This document shows, one piece after another, positions 25,481-35,457 of a stretch of 64,000 nucleotides of DNA. The stretch's first letter is position 1. Each line of letters starts with the position of its first letter. Origin of the DNA: Verrucomicrobiota bacterium (GTDB taxonomy: Bacteria; Verrucomicrobiota; Verrucomicrobiia; Limisphaerales; SIBE01). Location of the stretch: the NCBI GenBank assembly GCA_021733945.1, contig JAIPJX010000002.1, forward strand, positions 8,247 through 72,246, given 5' to 3'. Both the position numbers and the translations under genes were made by a program. The notes beneath the pieces were generated by a model that was given only the letters and a program-made list of their open reading frames with translations, was not told where the DNA came from and did not search any database.

Positions 25481-27442
25481 CTAGTTGTTGTCCCCCTTCA
25501 TCAGGGAGGCGATGCGACGGGCGATGAGCTCTCGCACCTTCGGGATCTTTGACCGGTTCATTAGCTTGAGTCCGCGCCGCCAGTCTGTGCTGACCGGGCC
25601 TTCGGCCGCATACCAAACCATGAGAGGGAGATTGTGGTCCGAGGCGTCTTCGGCATGGGTTACCAATCCCTCCAGCGTGTTCCAGCGCCGCTCCACCGGC
25701 AGGCGTTGCAGCGCGGAGGCGAGATACAGTCGGACCACCGGCGAGGAATCCGATGAGGCCATGCGCGCAAACTGACCAAGCGCGGTGTCCGACACCTCGC
25801 GGGACTCCGTCAGGCATTGAATGGTCCAGGCGCGGACATGTTCATCGGAATGATCCAGCAAAGACAACGCCTTGGTTTCTTTCAGGCCGCCTGTGACATG
25901 CAGCGTCCAAAGCGCGTTCAGCTTGTGCGTGGTCTCGGGGTCGCTTTCGAGCATGGCCAACAACCCGGCGTGCACCGCGGCATTGCCCCCGCGTTCCTGA
26001 AGGATCTGTCGTGCATGCCGGACATACCAGTCGTTGGCATGCGCCTGACAGCGGACCAACTGCTCGTCGCTGGCCTCTGCCAGATTGACGGAAGTCCATT
26101 TTGTATCGCCGTAAACAATCTTGTAGATCCTGCCATTGGACCGATCGTGCCCCTCATAGTTGCGGTGGTGGCATTGGTTTTTGTCATACCAATCGATCAC
26201 ATAGACCGAACCGTTTTGATCGTACCGCATGTTGAGAGCCTGGGACCACTGATCGTTGAAGTTGAGAAAATCGGGACCGTGATGCCCGACAAATCCGGAT
26301 CCCCGGCGCTCCGGTACGTCCATGTTCATGCGCTGACCATGGATGTTGTTCATAAAAAGTTTTCCGCGATATTCCGCCGGCCAGCTGTCTCCCAGATAGA
26401 CCATCAGACCCGCATGGGCGTGCCCTCCTCCGGCGGAATCCGACCGGCTGTTGCCGGCGTGTGGGCCCTTGTCTCCCGCCCAGTGCACATGATCGCCGAT
26501 CGATTGCATGTCCTCATAAAAGTAAGGGAAGACCGGTTTGCCGCTCCGCGCTTCCACATGCGTTGTGTTGCGCCGGATTTCATCGAGGTTCACCGAATAA
26601 TGCTGCCCACCCTGACGCTGATAGCGGGCACCCTGAATCATGTGCCACAAATGCGGAATGACGCAGGCCTCAATGAAACACTGGCCGTAGGCATCGAAAT
26701 CAACTCCCCAGGGGTTGCTGGTGCCTTCCGCGAAAACTTCGAAGGCATGCCGCTGCGGATGGTAGCGCCAGACTGCCGCGTCGACCCACTGCCGCTCCTC
26801 GGCGGGGGTTCCGGGTTTTCCGACATTGGACGGGCAAAATACTCCGTGACAGCCGTACAGCCAACCGTCCGGTCCCCAGGTGAATGTGTTGAGGGTCTCA
26901 TGGGTGTCGGCCGTAAAATTCCAGCCGTCCAAAAGAACCTCGCCATCGTTGTCCGGCACGTCATCTCCATTGCGATCCGGTATAAAAATCAGATTCGGAG
27001 CCGCTCCGACCCAGACCCCGCCAAATCCGACCTCCAGCCCGCTGATCAGATTCATCTTGTCCTTAAACACCTTCCGTCCATCGAAATGGCCGTCTCCGTC
27101 CGTGTCCTCCAGAATCAGAATCCGATCCCGGCCTTCCCCCTCCCTGGCGCGGAGGGGGTACTCATAGGCTTCCGCCACCCACAAGCGTCCCCGGTGATCC
27201 ATGGCAAAGGCGATCGGCTGCAGGATGTCCGGTTCGGCGGCGAACAGCTGCGCGGAGAATCCGGGGGGCAGGGTGAGCGCCTTGACCGCCTCTTCCCCCG
27301 AGAGCCCGGCGAAGCGAATGGAATCCATCGGGGGCATGGGCACATCGCCTGCGGCGTCCGCAGCCCGCAACGGGTGACCGATTGAGAGGGACACGGCCAA
27401 TACTCCGATCCAGGCACCTACCGGGTTCTTCTTGATCATCAT
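25481..27442 (-). CDS. PVC-type 'membrane-bound dehydrogenase' domain protein (sugar-dehydrogenase-like beta-propeller) with C-terminal HEAT repeats
   Basis: Signal peptide MMIKKNPVGAWIGVLAVSLSIGHPLRA, then DILQPIAFAMDHRGRLWVAEAYEYP...RILILEDTDGDGHFD. C-terminal HEAT-like repeats (EHVRAWTIQCL, SPVVRLYLASAL). No CxxCH seen. A GTG at 27475 is an alternative start. Confidence 0.8.
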   Translation of the reverse strand: MMIKKNPVGAWIGVLAVSLSIGHPLRAADAAGDVPMPPMDSIRFAGLSGEEAVKALTLPPGFSAQLFAAEPDILQPIAFAMDHRGRLWVAEAYEYPLRAREGEGRDRILILEDTDGDGHFDGRKVFKDKMNLISGLEVGFGGVWVGAAPNLIFIPDRNGDDVPDNDGEVLLDGWNFTADTHETLNTFTWGPDGWLYGCHGVFCPSNVGKPGTPAEERQWVDAAVWRYHPQRHAFEVFAEGTSNPWGVDFDAYGQCFIEACVIPHLWHMIQGARYQRQGGQHYSVNLDEIRRNTTHVEARSGKPVFPYFYEDMQSIGDHVHWAGDKGPHAGNSRSDSAGGGHAHAGLMVYLGDSWPAEYRGKLFMNNIHGQRMNMDVPERRGSGFVGHHGPDFLNFNDQWSQALNMRYDQNGSVYVIDWYDKNQCHHRNYEGHDRSNGRIYKIVYGDTKWTSVNLAEASDEQLVRCQAHANDWYVRHARQILQERGGNAAVHAGLLAMLESDPETTHKLNALWTLHVTGGLKETKALSLLDHSDEHVRAWTIQCLTESREVSDTALGQFARMASSDSSPVVRLYLASALQRLPVERRWNTLEGLVTHAEDASDHNLPLMVWYAAEGPVSTDWRRGLKLMNRSKIPKVRELIARRIASLMKGDNN

Positions 27443-27487
27443 TTCTAGGAATTGAGGTTTGATTGGAATGGACACCCGGAGGCCGGG

Positions 27488-28840
27488 TCAATGATGGGCA
27501 CCGGCGACCGGCTTGGGCTGGGCTTTGGTCCAGACGGACTCGCTGACGTTCGCTGCGGTGTGCAGGAAAACGAACGTCCCCTTTTTGTTGCCGACCACGA
27601 TATCCGGAAGACCGTTGCCGGAAACATCACCCACGACCACCTGAGTGCCCACACCCGAGGCGTTGTCGATCTGGTACGGCACGAAGTCGACACCGTGGTT
27701 CGAATCGCGGACGAGTTTGAACCAGTAAAGCACCGCGGGAGCGTTTGGCTCCACATCGCCTGTCGGGCCGTGAGCCCAGATTCGTTTTCCGGTGACAATG
27801 TCCTTCAAACCATCGCCGTCCATGTCGATCAGATCCACCGCGTGCAACTGGGAGAACTTGACTCCATAACGATTGTCGGCGGGTTCGCTGCCCATGATGC
27901 GATGGGCCTTGAATGTGATGGCTCCGTTCTCACGCACGTTTTCGTACCAGGCCAGTCCGAAGCCGTGTGCCGCCAGGCTGGTCACCACGTCGTTGTCCCC
28001 GTCCCCATCGACATCGTAGGCAAACATATGGGAGCTGCCGTCCTTGGGCGCAAACGGGAAGGGGTGTTCCTTCCAGAGCGGGTCCCCCGCCAACGACGCG
28101 GGCTGTTCCCACCAGGCATCCTTCTCAAGGATGTCGTTGCGTCCGTCCCCGTTGACATCCCCAAAGCCCAGACCGTGTGTGTAGCGCTGCCATTTCGGAG
28201 CTTCCGGAGTCACCGGGTGGAAGGTCCAGGCCCGCGTGGGATTGTCCCAGTCGGGTGTGGCGTAGCCGATGCGCCCCGTGCGCGCGCCGGGTCCGGTGGG
28301 GCGGGAGGTCTGCAGCACCAACTCAGGCAGGCCGTCGCCGGTCAGATCCGCAAAGGTGGGAGATTCATTGTCCGCTACGGCAAAGATCCCGTGCCGGGGC
28401 CAGTGTCCCTTCGCGCCCTTGGGATTCTCAAACCAGGCGACCTCTTCTCCGGGAAATCCGATGATCAGAATGTCCGTCCATCCGTCCCGGTTGAGATCGT
28501 GCGTGAAGGCAAAGAAATTGCCGGAGTACGCGTTTTTGGAACCGAGGAATCCTTCGTATCCGGGCACTTGTTCCTTGGTTCCATCCTTGAGAGTACGTTC
28601 GAAGGTCTGGGTGGCTGGAGAGTATTCGTGGCGGTTTTTGAAGCCCGGCCCTTCATACCAGAAGGGACCGGAGACAATGTCCTGGTTTCCATCCCGGTTA
28701 AAATCCGCAAAATGGGCACCTTCCGCCCAGAACTGATTGGTCAGTTCGATCTTTTGAAACGAATGAAGAACCCGGTCCTTATCCGCAGCCAGAATACCGG
28801 CCGACGACAGGACCGCCAACAGACAGGGGAACATTTTCAT
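27488..28840 (-). CDS. FG-GAP / VCBS repeat (ASPIC/UnbV-like) secreted protein
   Basis: Seven Ca-binding-type repeats: DFNRDGNQDIV, DLNRDGWTDIL, DLTGDGLPELV, DVNGDGRNDIL, DVDGDGDNDVV, DMDGDGLKDIV, DVSGNGLPDIV. Signal peptide begins at MKMFPCLLAVL. Confidence 0.85.
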   Translation of the reverse strand: MKMFPCLLAVLSSAGILAADKDRVLHSFQKIELTNQFWAEGAHFADFNRDGNQDIVSGPFWYEGPGFKNRHEYSPATQTFERTLKDGTKEQVPGYEGFLGSKNAYSGNFFAFTHDLNRDGWTDILIIGFPGEEVAWFENPKGAKGHWPRHGIFAVADNESPTFADLTGDGLPELVLQTSRPTGPGARTGRIGYATPDWDNPTRAWTFHPVTPEAPKWQRYTHGLGFGDVNGDGRNDILEKDAWWEQPASLAGDPLWKEHPFPFAPKDGSSHMFAYDVDGDGDNDVVTSLAAHGFGLAWYENVRENGAITFKAHRIMGSEPADNRYGVKFSQLHAVDLIDMDGDGLKDIVTGKRIWAHGPTGDVEPNAPAVLYWFKLVRDSNHGVDFVPYQIDNASGVGTQVVVGDVSGNGLPDIVVGNKKGTFVFLHTAANVSESVWTKAQPKPVAGAHH

Positions 28841-28908
28841 GACCCTATCTGTGTCACCGACACGCCCCAGCGTCAAGTCACGGTTCGGGGCGGTGCTGCC
28901 CTGGCACC

Positions 28909-31900
28909 TTATTCAGTCTTGCCGCAGCACTGCTTGTATTTGCGGCCACTGCCGCATGGGCAGGGATCGTTTCGACCGACTTTCGGACCGGACCGGCTTG
29001 GTTTGGCCCGCGCGAGCACCTCGGAGGCTTCCTGAACAATCTCGCTTCCGGGGCCTTTGGAGGCGGCCGCAGGCTGGCCTCCCTGACCTCCGAACGCACT
29101 GGATTCGGTGTGTACGGTCCGTTGCGGAAGGTTGCGAAGGAACTGGTCAAACGCCATCACGCTTGAAGCGCTGCGGAAGATGTTGTGACAAATCTCGGAT
29201 TTGATGTTGACCATCAGTTCCTCGAAAATCTTGAACGCTTCGGCCTTGTATTCGATCAGAGGATCCCGCTGGCCGTAGGCCCGGAGACCGATGCTGTTGC
29301 GCAGGCTGTCCATTCCGTACAAATGCTCCTGCCAAAGCTTGTCGATCGCGCTGAGAATCGTGTAACGCTCGATCGATTTGAGTGCCTCGGGATTCTCGAA
29401 GCTGATCTTGACCTCGTACGCATCACGGATGCTTTTGATGACAAACCGGCAGAGCGCAAGTTGCGAGGCGCTCAATCCATCGAAAAACGAGCCGGCGATC
29501 GGTGCTTCATCACCGGAATTGGCGATCTTGAGAATCTCCTCCTCGGGAATGCCGAGCGGGAAGTTCAGATTCACCCAATCGGCAAAGCCGCGCAGGTTCC
29601 AATCGTCCGGGTGGGTTTCTTCGCTGGAGAACTGGGCCACCTTCTGGACGACCACTTCCTCCATGACATCCATCAGGCGGTCCTGGACATCCTCGGCCTC
29701 GATGATTTCGTTGCGGAAGCCGTAGATGACCTCGCGCTGTTTGTTCATCACGTCATCGTATTCGAGGGTGCGTTTACGAATCTGATAATTGTGGCCTTCC
29801 ACCCGCTTCTGAGCGGTCTCGATCGACCGGTTGAGCAGCGGGTTCTCGAGCGGATCCCCCTCCTCGAGACCGACGCGCTCCATGACTTTGACGATCCGAT
29901 CCGATCCAAACAACCGCATCAGATCGTCCTCCATCGAGATGAAGAAATGCGATGAACCGGGATCGCCCTGGCGGGCGCAACGGCCCCGCAGCTGACGGTC
30001 GATGCGGCGCGCTTCATGCCGCTCGGAAGCGATCACATGCAGTCCGCCGATCTCGGCGACATCCTTTCCGAGTTTGATGTCAGTGCCGCGGCCGGCCATG
30101 TTGGTCGCGATCGTGACCGCTCCGCGCTGTCCTGCCAGGGAGACAATCTCCGCTTCCCGTTCATGAAATTTGGCGTTGAGGACGGCATGGGGGATTCCCG
30201 CCCGGTTGAGCAGGCGTGCAAGGTGCTCGCTGACCTCGACCGAGATGGTGCCGACGAGGATCGGCCGTCCCAGGGCGTGTATTTCCTTGATCTCGTTCAG
30301 TACGGCCGCGTATTTCTCGCGCTTGGTCTTGTAGACCGTGTCGTTGTAATCCTTGCGCTTGACCACCCGGTTGGTCGGAATGACCAGCACGCCGAGCTTG
30401 TAGATGTCGAAGAATTCGTTTGCCTCGGTTTCAGCGGTGCCCGTCATGCCGGCGAGCTTTCGATAGAGCCGGAAATAGTTCTGAATGGTGATGGTCGCCA
30501 GCGTCTGGGTTTCACGCTCAATGGCCACGCCCTCCTTGGCTTCGACAGCCTGGTGCAGTCCGTCGCTCCAACGTCTGCCGGACATCAGGCGTCCCGTGTT
30601 TTCATCCACGATGATGACCTTGTTGTCCTGGACCACATACTGCACGTCCTTTTCATACACGCAATACGCCTTGAGCAGCTGGGAGATCGAATGGATCTGC
30701 TGGGCGCGTTGTTCGAATTCCTTCTGCAGGCTGGCCTTCTTCTCCAGTCGCTTCCGAACGTCGGGCTCGGGCCCGGAATCAATTTCGTGAAATTGGGTGA
30801 TCAGGTCGGGAAGAACAAACGCTTCGGGATCCGCCGGGCTGAGCGCGGCACGGCCCTTTTCGGTGAGATCCGCTTCGTGGCTCTTTTCGTCAATTGCAAA
30901 GAAGAGCTCCTCCTTCTGCTCGTAGAGCATCTTCTTGGATTGATCGGCATGGAGCTCCATCTCCGCCTTGTGGGTCATTCGGAGATTTTCGGGATTCTCC
31001 AGCAGCTTGAGCAGGCCGGGTGCCTTGGGATTGCCCAGTTTGACGCGGTACAGGAGCAGCCCGATTTCGTTCTCCAAATTGTTGCCCTTGGGGGGATTTG
31101 ATCCATCCTCGGGACGCAGTTTCTTAAGCAGGGTCTCCGCCTCGGAAAGAAAACGGCCGCAGAGACGCTGCTGATTCCTCACCAGCGATTCGACCGAAGG
31201 CTTAAATTTGTCGTACTGATTGTCGATGTTCACCACGGCGGGGCCGCTGATGATCAGGGGAGTGCGGGCTTCGTCAATCAGGATGGAATCCACCTCGTCA
31301 ACGATCGCGAAATAATGGCCCCGCTGAACCTGTTCCTCCTTGCGGGTGGCCATGCCGTTGTCCCGAAGATAATCGAACCCGAATTCCGCGTTGGTCCCGT
31401 AGGTGATGTCGCACCAGTACTGCTCGCGTCGCACGCGCGGGGGTTGGTCGTGCAGGATGCAGCCGACCGTGAGCCCAAGGTATCGGTACACGGCTCCCAT
31501 CCATTCGCTGTCGCGTGCGGCCAGGTAGTCGTTGACGGTGACCACATGCACGCCGCGACCGGTGAGTGCGTTCAGATAAACAGGGAGTGTGGCAACGAGG
31601 GTCTTGCCTTCGCCGGTGGCCATTTCCGCGATTTTGCCGCTGTGCAGGGCGGCACCGCCGATCAACTGCACGTCGAACGGAACCATTTCCCATCTCAGGG
31701 GATGACCCCGTACGGACACATCGGTGCCGCTGAGGCGTCTGCAGGCGTTTTTGACGACCGCGAACGCCTCGGGCATGATCTCGTCCAGGACCTGCGCCAG
31801 TTCGGAATCATCCGTGATGGCGGAGAGCCGCGTCTTCCACTCTGCGGTCTTCTGCCGCAAAGCTTCCTCCGGCTGGCTCTGGAGTGATTGCTCGATCTCA

Positions 31901-31986
31901 TTGATCCGGGCAACCAACGGCCGCATCTTTTTGACTTCCCGGTCGTTCTTCGAACCCAGGACTTTTTTGATTATGAACCCAATCAT
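28909..31986 (-). CDS. secA: Preprotein translocase ATPase SecA
   Basis: MATGEGKTLVATLP, DEVDSILIDEARTPLIISG, TNMAGRGTDIKLG, and the C-terminal zinc SEC-C motif CPCGSGRKYKQCCG. Confidence 0.97.
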   Translation of the reverse strand: MIGFIIKKVLGSKNDREVKKMRPLVARINEIEQSLQSQPEEALRQKTAEWKTRLSAITDDSELAQVLDEIMPEAFAVVKNACRRLSGTDVSVRGHPLRWEMVPFDVQLIGGAALHSGKIAEMATGEGKTLVATLPVYLNALTGRGVHVVTVNDYLAARDSEWMGAVYRYLGLTVGCILHDQPPRVRREQYWCDITYGTNAEFGFDYLRDNGMATRKEEQVQRGHYFAIVDEVDSILIDEARTPLIISGPAVVNIDNQYDKFKPSVESLVRNQQRLCGRFLSEAETLLKKLRPEDGSNPPKGNNLENEIGLLLYRVKLGNPKAPGLLKLLENPENLRMTHKAEMELHADQSKKMLYEQKEELFFAIDEKSHEADLTEKGRAALSPADPEAFVLPDLITQFHEIDSGPEPDVRKRLEKKASLQKEFEQRAQQIHSISQLLKAYCVYEKDVQYVVQDNKVIIVDENTGRLMSGRRWSDGLHQAVEAKEGVAIERETQTLATITIQNYFRLYRKLAGMTGTAETEANEFFDIYKLGVLVIPTNRVVKRKDYNDTVYKTKREKYAAVLNEIKEIHALGRPILVGTISVEVSEHLARLLNRAGIPHAVLNAKFHEREAEIVSLAGQRGAVTIATNMAGRGTDIKLGKDVAEIGGLHVIASERHEARRIDRQLRGRCARQGDPGSSHFFISMEDDLMRLFGSDRIVKVMERVGLEEGDPLENPLLNRSIETAQKRVEGHNYQIRKRTLEYDDVMNKQREVIYGFRNEIIEAEDVQDRLMDVMEEVVVQKVAQFSSEETHPDDWNLRGFADWVNLNFPLGIPEEEILKIANSGDEAPIAGSFFDGLSASQLALCRFVIKSIRDAYEVKISFENPEALKSIERYTILSAIDKLWQEHLYGMDSLRNSIGLRAYGQRDPLIEYKAEAFKIFEELMVNIKSEICHNIFRSASSVMAFDQFLRNLPQRTVHTESSAFGGQGGQPAAASKGPGSEIVQEASEVLARAKPSRSGPKVGRNDPCPCGSGRKYKQCCGKTE

Positions 31987-32149
31987 GTTTCGTTCCGAAA
32001 ATCCGACTGGAAACGCTACGGGAAGAGTCTGGGGGCGTCAAAGGATTTACGTCCCCCCAAGAATGGGCGCTTCGACGCGAATCCACGCATTCGACTCAGA
32101 CTCCTCCTTTGCGCGGAGGCCTTCGAGCGTCCGCGCGTCCAGTCTTCTC

Positions 32150-34129
32150 TCAAGCGGTCCTCGGTTTGATGCCTCCCCGGTGCGACAGTTTGGGGGTGGA
32201 ATCGACCGGTCGATTTCCTTTGAAACTCATCCAGAACCGAGGGGGGAGCATGCCCAGGCCCATGACCACCAATTGGCTGATGATGAAGGTCAGGAGCCAG
32301 ACAAACGCCTTGTCCATAAAACCGTAGGAATGTAGTCCCACACCCAGCATGTTCACTCCGAACCAGGACCAGGCGGTGACGATATTCCCTGCAATCGCCA
32401 TCACCATCAATCCCCGGTCGCGGACAATGCCGCCCCAGCGCGCATGCAGGATCGCGGCGTTCATCAGAACGATCAGGAGAGCCCCGTTTTCCTTCGGGTC
32501 CCATCCCCAGAATCGGCCCCAGGACTGATCAGCCCAGATGCCTCCGAGGACCGTGCCGACAAAGGAGAAAAGTGTCGCAAAACAGAGGATTCCATAAACC
32601 ATGCGGGACAGTGACTTGCCCGTCTCCGCAGTGAGCCCCTTGGAAAGCACCCCCCGGAGGATGTAGACAATGGCCAGAAATCCGGCGAGGAACGTTGCCG
32701 AATACCCGATGGTGATCACCACCACATGGGTCGCGAGCCACAGATTGGTATCGAGCACGGCCCGCATCATTTCCATGGTATCGCCGGTGGCAGAAAGATG
32801 ATGGGCGATGATCAGCGTTACAAAACCAATGGTGGAGGCGGTGACGACCCCGACGCCATCCTTAAACAGGCGCTCAAGGATAATGCCCAGCACCACGGCA
32901 CCCCATCCGACGAACACCGCCGAGGAGTAAAGGTTGGTGACCGGCGGCCGGCCTTCCAGGAACATCCGGAAGAGCACGCCCGCGGTGTGAATGGCAAATG
33001 CCAGAACGACCAGATAGAAGGCGGTGCGGCGAACCGGATGTGAAAAATTGAGCCAGAACACGCAGCCCAGGATCAGGGCCGCCACATAGAGGGTCATGCT
33101 TTTATAGAAAGGCTCCAGGTGATTGAACAGCCATTCCCTCTGGCCTTTCTTGAGTTCCGGCGTGAGGTTTTTGTCCTGAAGCCATTGTCGGTATTCGGCC
33201 ACCGCTGCGTTGAAGTCATCGGATCGTCCCTTGCGAAACGAAGAATCCATCCGCGCAAAATAGTCGAGAGCGGGGTTTACCTCACCCGACCGCAACGATT
33301 CGGACAGGGAGGTGCCGATGTTGCTCCAGTCGTCCCGGCTCACGTCCGGATGCATCGGGGGCACAATCAACGGATACGCAAACCTGGAAAGTGGCTCGTA
33401 GCGTCTGAAAAACGAGGCGAGCAGCTGGACATCCGCCTGATTGTATTCTTCGCCCGCGGCTTCCTTGTGCAGCAGGGTCATCGCCACCGGAACCAGCTGT
33501 TTGTAGAGCTTGAGTTCACCGGCGAATTCCCCGGATTCCGAGGCGGTCAGGCTTGCTTTGAGAGGGTGATCCGGAAGGTGCTCCAGAAAATGTTGCGAAT
33601 TCTCGGGACGCAGACTGTTCCGCAACCGGTGGTAGAGATGAACGCTCTCGGCCAGATGCAGCGCGTCCTTTTCGTACCCGGACCGCAGTTGAGAGTCCTT
33701 CTCTGAAATCCTGCGAGCCTCCTGCTCCAGATCCTGAAGTTTCTGCTGGGAAAAATCGTTGTATGCCAGCTGCCCCAGTCGTCCCTCGCGCGCATCCAGC
33801 AGGTTGCGCAGTTCGAGACTTTCCACCCGAAACACCTGGCGGTTGCCGGCCTGTTCCGGTTTGCTCATGAGCTCCAGCAGCCATTCGGTGGCACTGAGGA
33901 CCCGGCCGGAAGCCTCTCCCGGAGCAGGGCGTACGGTCTGTGTGCCGTGCATCGAGAGGAGCGTGTTTCTGGCGACCGAGTCGAACGGTTGCACGCGGCC
34001 GTTGAGCAGAACTGGCAAACGACCAAATTCCGCCAGCGCAAAGCCTCCCGGTTTGGGTGCCGGTCGTAACGCCGACAACACCCACAACGCGAAAAGACCA
34101 CAAACTATCCAAGGCAGGCGTTGTTTCAT
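32150..34129 (-). CDS. ccsA: System II cytochrome c biogenesis protein CcsA/ResC with a large N-terminal domain
   Basis: Tryptophan-rich heme-handling motif WGRFWGWDPKENGAL, multiple TM helices, ATGA overlap with resB. Confidence 0.9.
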   Translation of the reverse strand: MKQRLPWIVCGLFALWVLSALRPAPKPGGFALAEFGRLPVLLNGRVQPFDSVARNTLLSMHGTQTVRPAPGEASGRVLSATEWLLELMSKPEQAGNRQVFRVESLELRNLLDAREGRLGQLAYNDFSQQKLQDLEQEARRISEKDSQLRSGYEKDALHLAESVHLYHRLRNSLRPENSQHFLEHLPDHPLKASLTASESGEFAGELKLYKQLVPVAMTLLHKEAAGEEYNQADVQLLASFFRRYEPLSRFAYPLIVPPMHPDVSRDDWSNIGTSLSESLRSGEVNPALDYFARMDSSFRKGRSDDFNAAVAEYRQWLQDKNLTPELKKGQREWLFNHLEPFYKSMTLYVAALILGCVFWLNFSHPVRRTAFYLVVLAFAIHTAGVLFRMFLEGRPPVTNLYSSAVFVGWGAVVLGIILERLFKDGVGVVTASTIGFVTLIIAHHLSATGDTMEMMRAVLDTNLWLATHVVVITIGYSATFLAGFLAIVYILRGVLSKGLTAETGKSLSRMVYGILCFATLFSFVGTVLGGIWADQSWGRFWGWDPKENGALLIVLMNAAILHARWGGIVRDRGLMVMAIAGNIVTAWSWFGVNMLGVGLHSYGFMDKAFVWLLTFIISQLVVMGLGMLPPRFWMSFKGNRPVDSTPKLSHRGGIKPRTA

Positions 34130-35457
34130 GAGTTTCTATTTGAATGGCTGTGATTGACCGCGCTGTTGACAGCCCCGGCGGGGACTGCGGCGGGTTGCCC
34201 CTGGGTTGGCGGTTGGTGGCCGCCCGCGGGCGCCCCTGAAGCGCCCTTGGCTCGAGCACTCGATTTCCGGAGGAATCCGGTCAGGTGCATTCCGAACTGC
34301 ACCAGCAGTCCGACTCCCACAAGGACGCAGGAAAGATAGGGTGTGAGCCAGGCGGGATTCTTCACCACCTGCAGGATCGAGACGGTGTCACCGGGTTCAA
34401 ACCCGCCCTGATAATAGGTTTCGCCACCGTAGCGCAGTGGGTTGTTCATGTAGATCAACACATCGCGTTCGACGTTTTCACCGGGGTCGCTCAGATGGAT
34501 CCGGCTCGAAAAATCCTTTGGAATATCGGTCCCCTTGTACCGCGCATGTGTAAAATCCAGAAGCTTCACCGTGTAGGGCTTGTAATAACGCACCGGCCTC
34601 AGCGCCAGTTCGTAGGTTCGTCCCGCATGCTGGAAGGTTTGTGGTCCGATCAGACTCCCGCCCGCACCGAGCTGCCCCTTCAGGTAGGTGCTCCAGGGGT
34701 GTTTGGTCAACCAGGTGCTGACGGTCCATTCGCCCAGGGCCGTGCCATCGGCGAGCACTTCGACCAGCGCCACCGGCTTGTTTTCGTCGTCCATCTTCGC
34801 CGTGACCGCTTGTTGATCGAAGGGCAGCCGAAGTCCGGTTCCCTGGGTTGCTGTGATTCGGGCTCCCGAAGCCTGGACCATCGGACCGCCGGGCACCGAG
34901 TTTCGGAAGAATTCCTTGACGCGAATTGAGATCGGAAACTCGGGAATATCGATCGTGGCACCCTTGACCAGGGAGCTTTGGGGGACGGCCACCACCTTTT
35001 CCTGATTGGGATCCGTGACGTCAATCACCGCCAGCTCGTTGCCGCGACCGTCTTCGCTGTAATTCTTGGCCTTGCCCTCCTCAATGCGCATGAAGCTTTC
35101 CACCTGATAGACCTCGGTGAGGAACTGGCCCACCAGAAGCAGGATCAAACCAATGTGCGTCAGGAAAATTCCGGATTTTTTGGCAGTGAACTTGAACCGT
35201 TTGATGTGGGCGGCGATCAGATTCGCCAGCAGCACCCCTCCCAGCAGGTAACCTCCCGGCCACACCGGGATTTTCCAGTTGGACCCCTCGGGCGTCCAGA
35301 AAACGAAGAGACTCCGGAAATACTGTTCCTGCGTCACATAAAGCCCCAGTTCGACCTGGGCGAGCGTGCCGAAGAAAACCAGAATGATCGCCGCAAACAG
35401 ACAGGCAACCGTCAGTCGGAGCGAGGTCAGAAATTGGATCAGGCCGTTAAGCATCAT
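34126..35457 (-). CDS. resB: System II cytochrome c biogenesis protein ResB/Ccs1
   Basis: N-terminus LTSLRLTVACLFAAIILVFFGTLAQ, a large soluble middle region and a C-terminal TM helix. Adjacent to and overlapping ccsA. Confidence 0.85.
   Translation of the reverse strand: MMLNGLIQFLTSLRLTVACLFAAIILVFFGTLAQVELGLYVTQEQYFRSLFVFWTPEGSNWKIPVWPGGYLLGGVLLANLIAAHIKRFKFTAKKSGIFLTHIGLILLLVGQFLTEVYQVESFMRIEEGKAKNYSEDGRGNELAVIDVTDPNQEKVVAVPQSSLVKGATIDIPEFPISIRVKEFFRNSVPGGPMVQASGARITATQGTGLRLPFDQQAVTAKMDDENKPVALVEVLADGTALGEWTVSTWLTKHPWSTYLKGQLGAGGSLIGPQTFQHAGRTYELALRPVRYYKPYTVKLLDFTHARYKGTDIPKDFSSRIHLSDPGENVERDVLIYMNNPLRYGGETYYQGGFEPGDTVSILQVVKNPAWLTPYLSCVLVGVGLLVQFGMHLTGFLRKSSARAKGASGAPAGGHQPPTQGQPAAVPAGAVNSAVNHSHSNRNS

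Noticed and set aside
25817-29035. Two long plus-strand ORFs (25817-27385, 522 aa; 27452-29035, 527 aa)
   Set aside because: They are antisense to the well-supported PVC dehydrogenase-like and FG-GAP genes, and their low-complexity translations have no motifs. The same reasoning applies to other long antisense ORFs, for example 716-1678, 5005-5928, 7538-8485, 15260-16552, 19799-21049, 30016-31101, 45177-46091, 50669-51901, 51883-52968 and 62285-63313.
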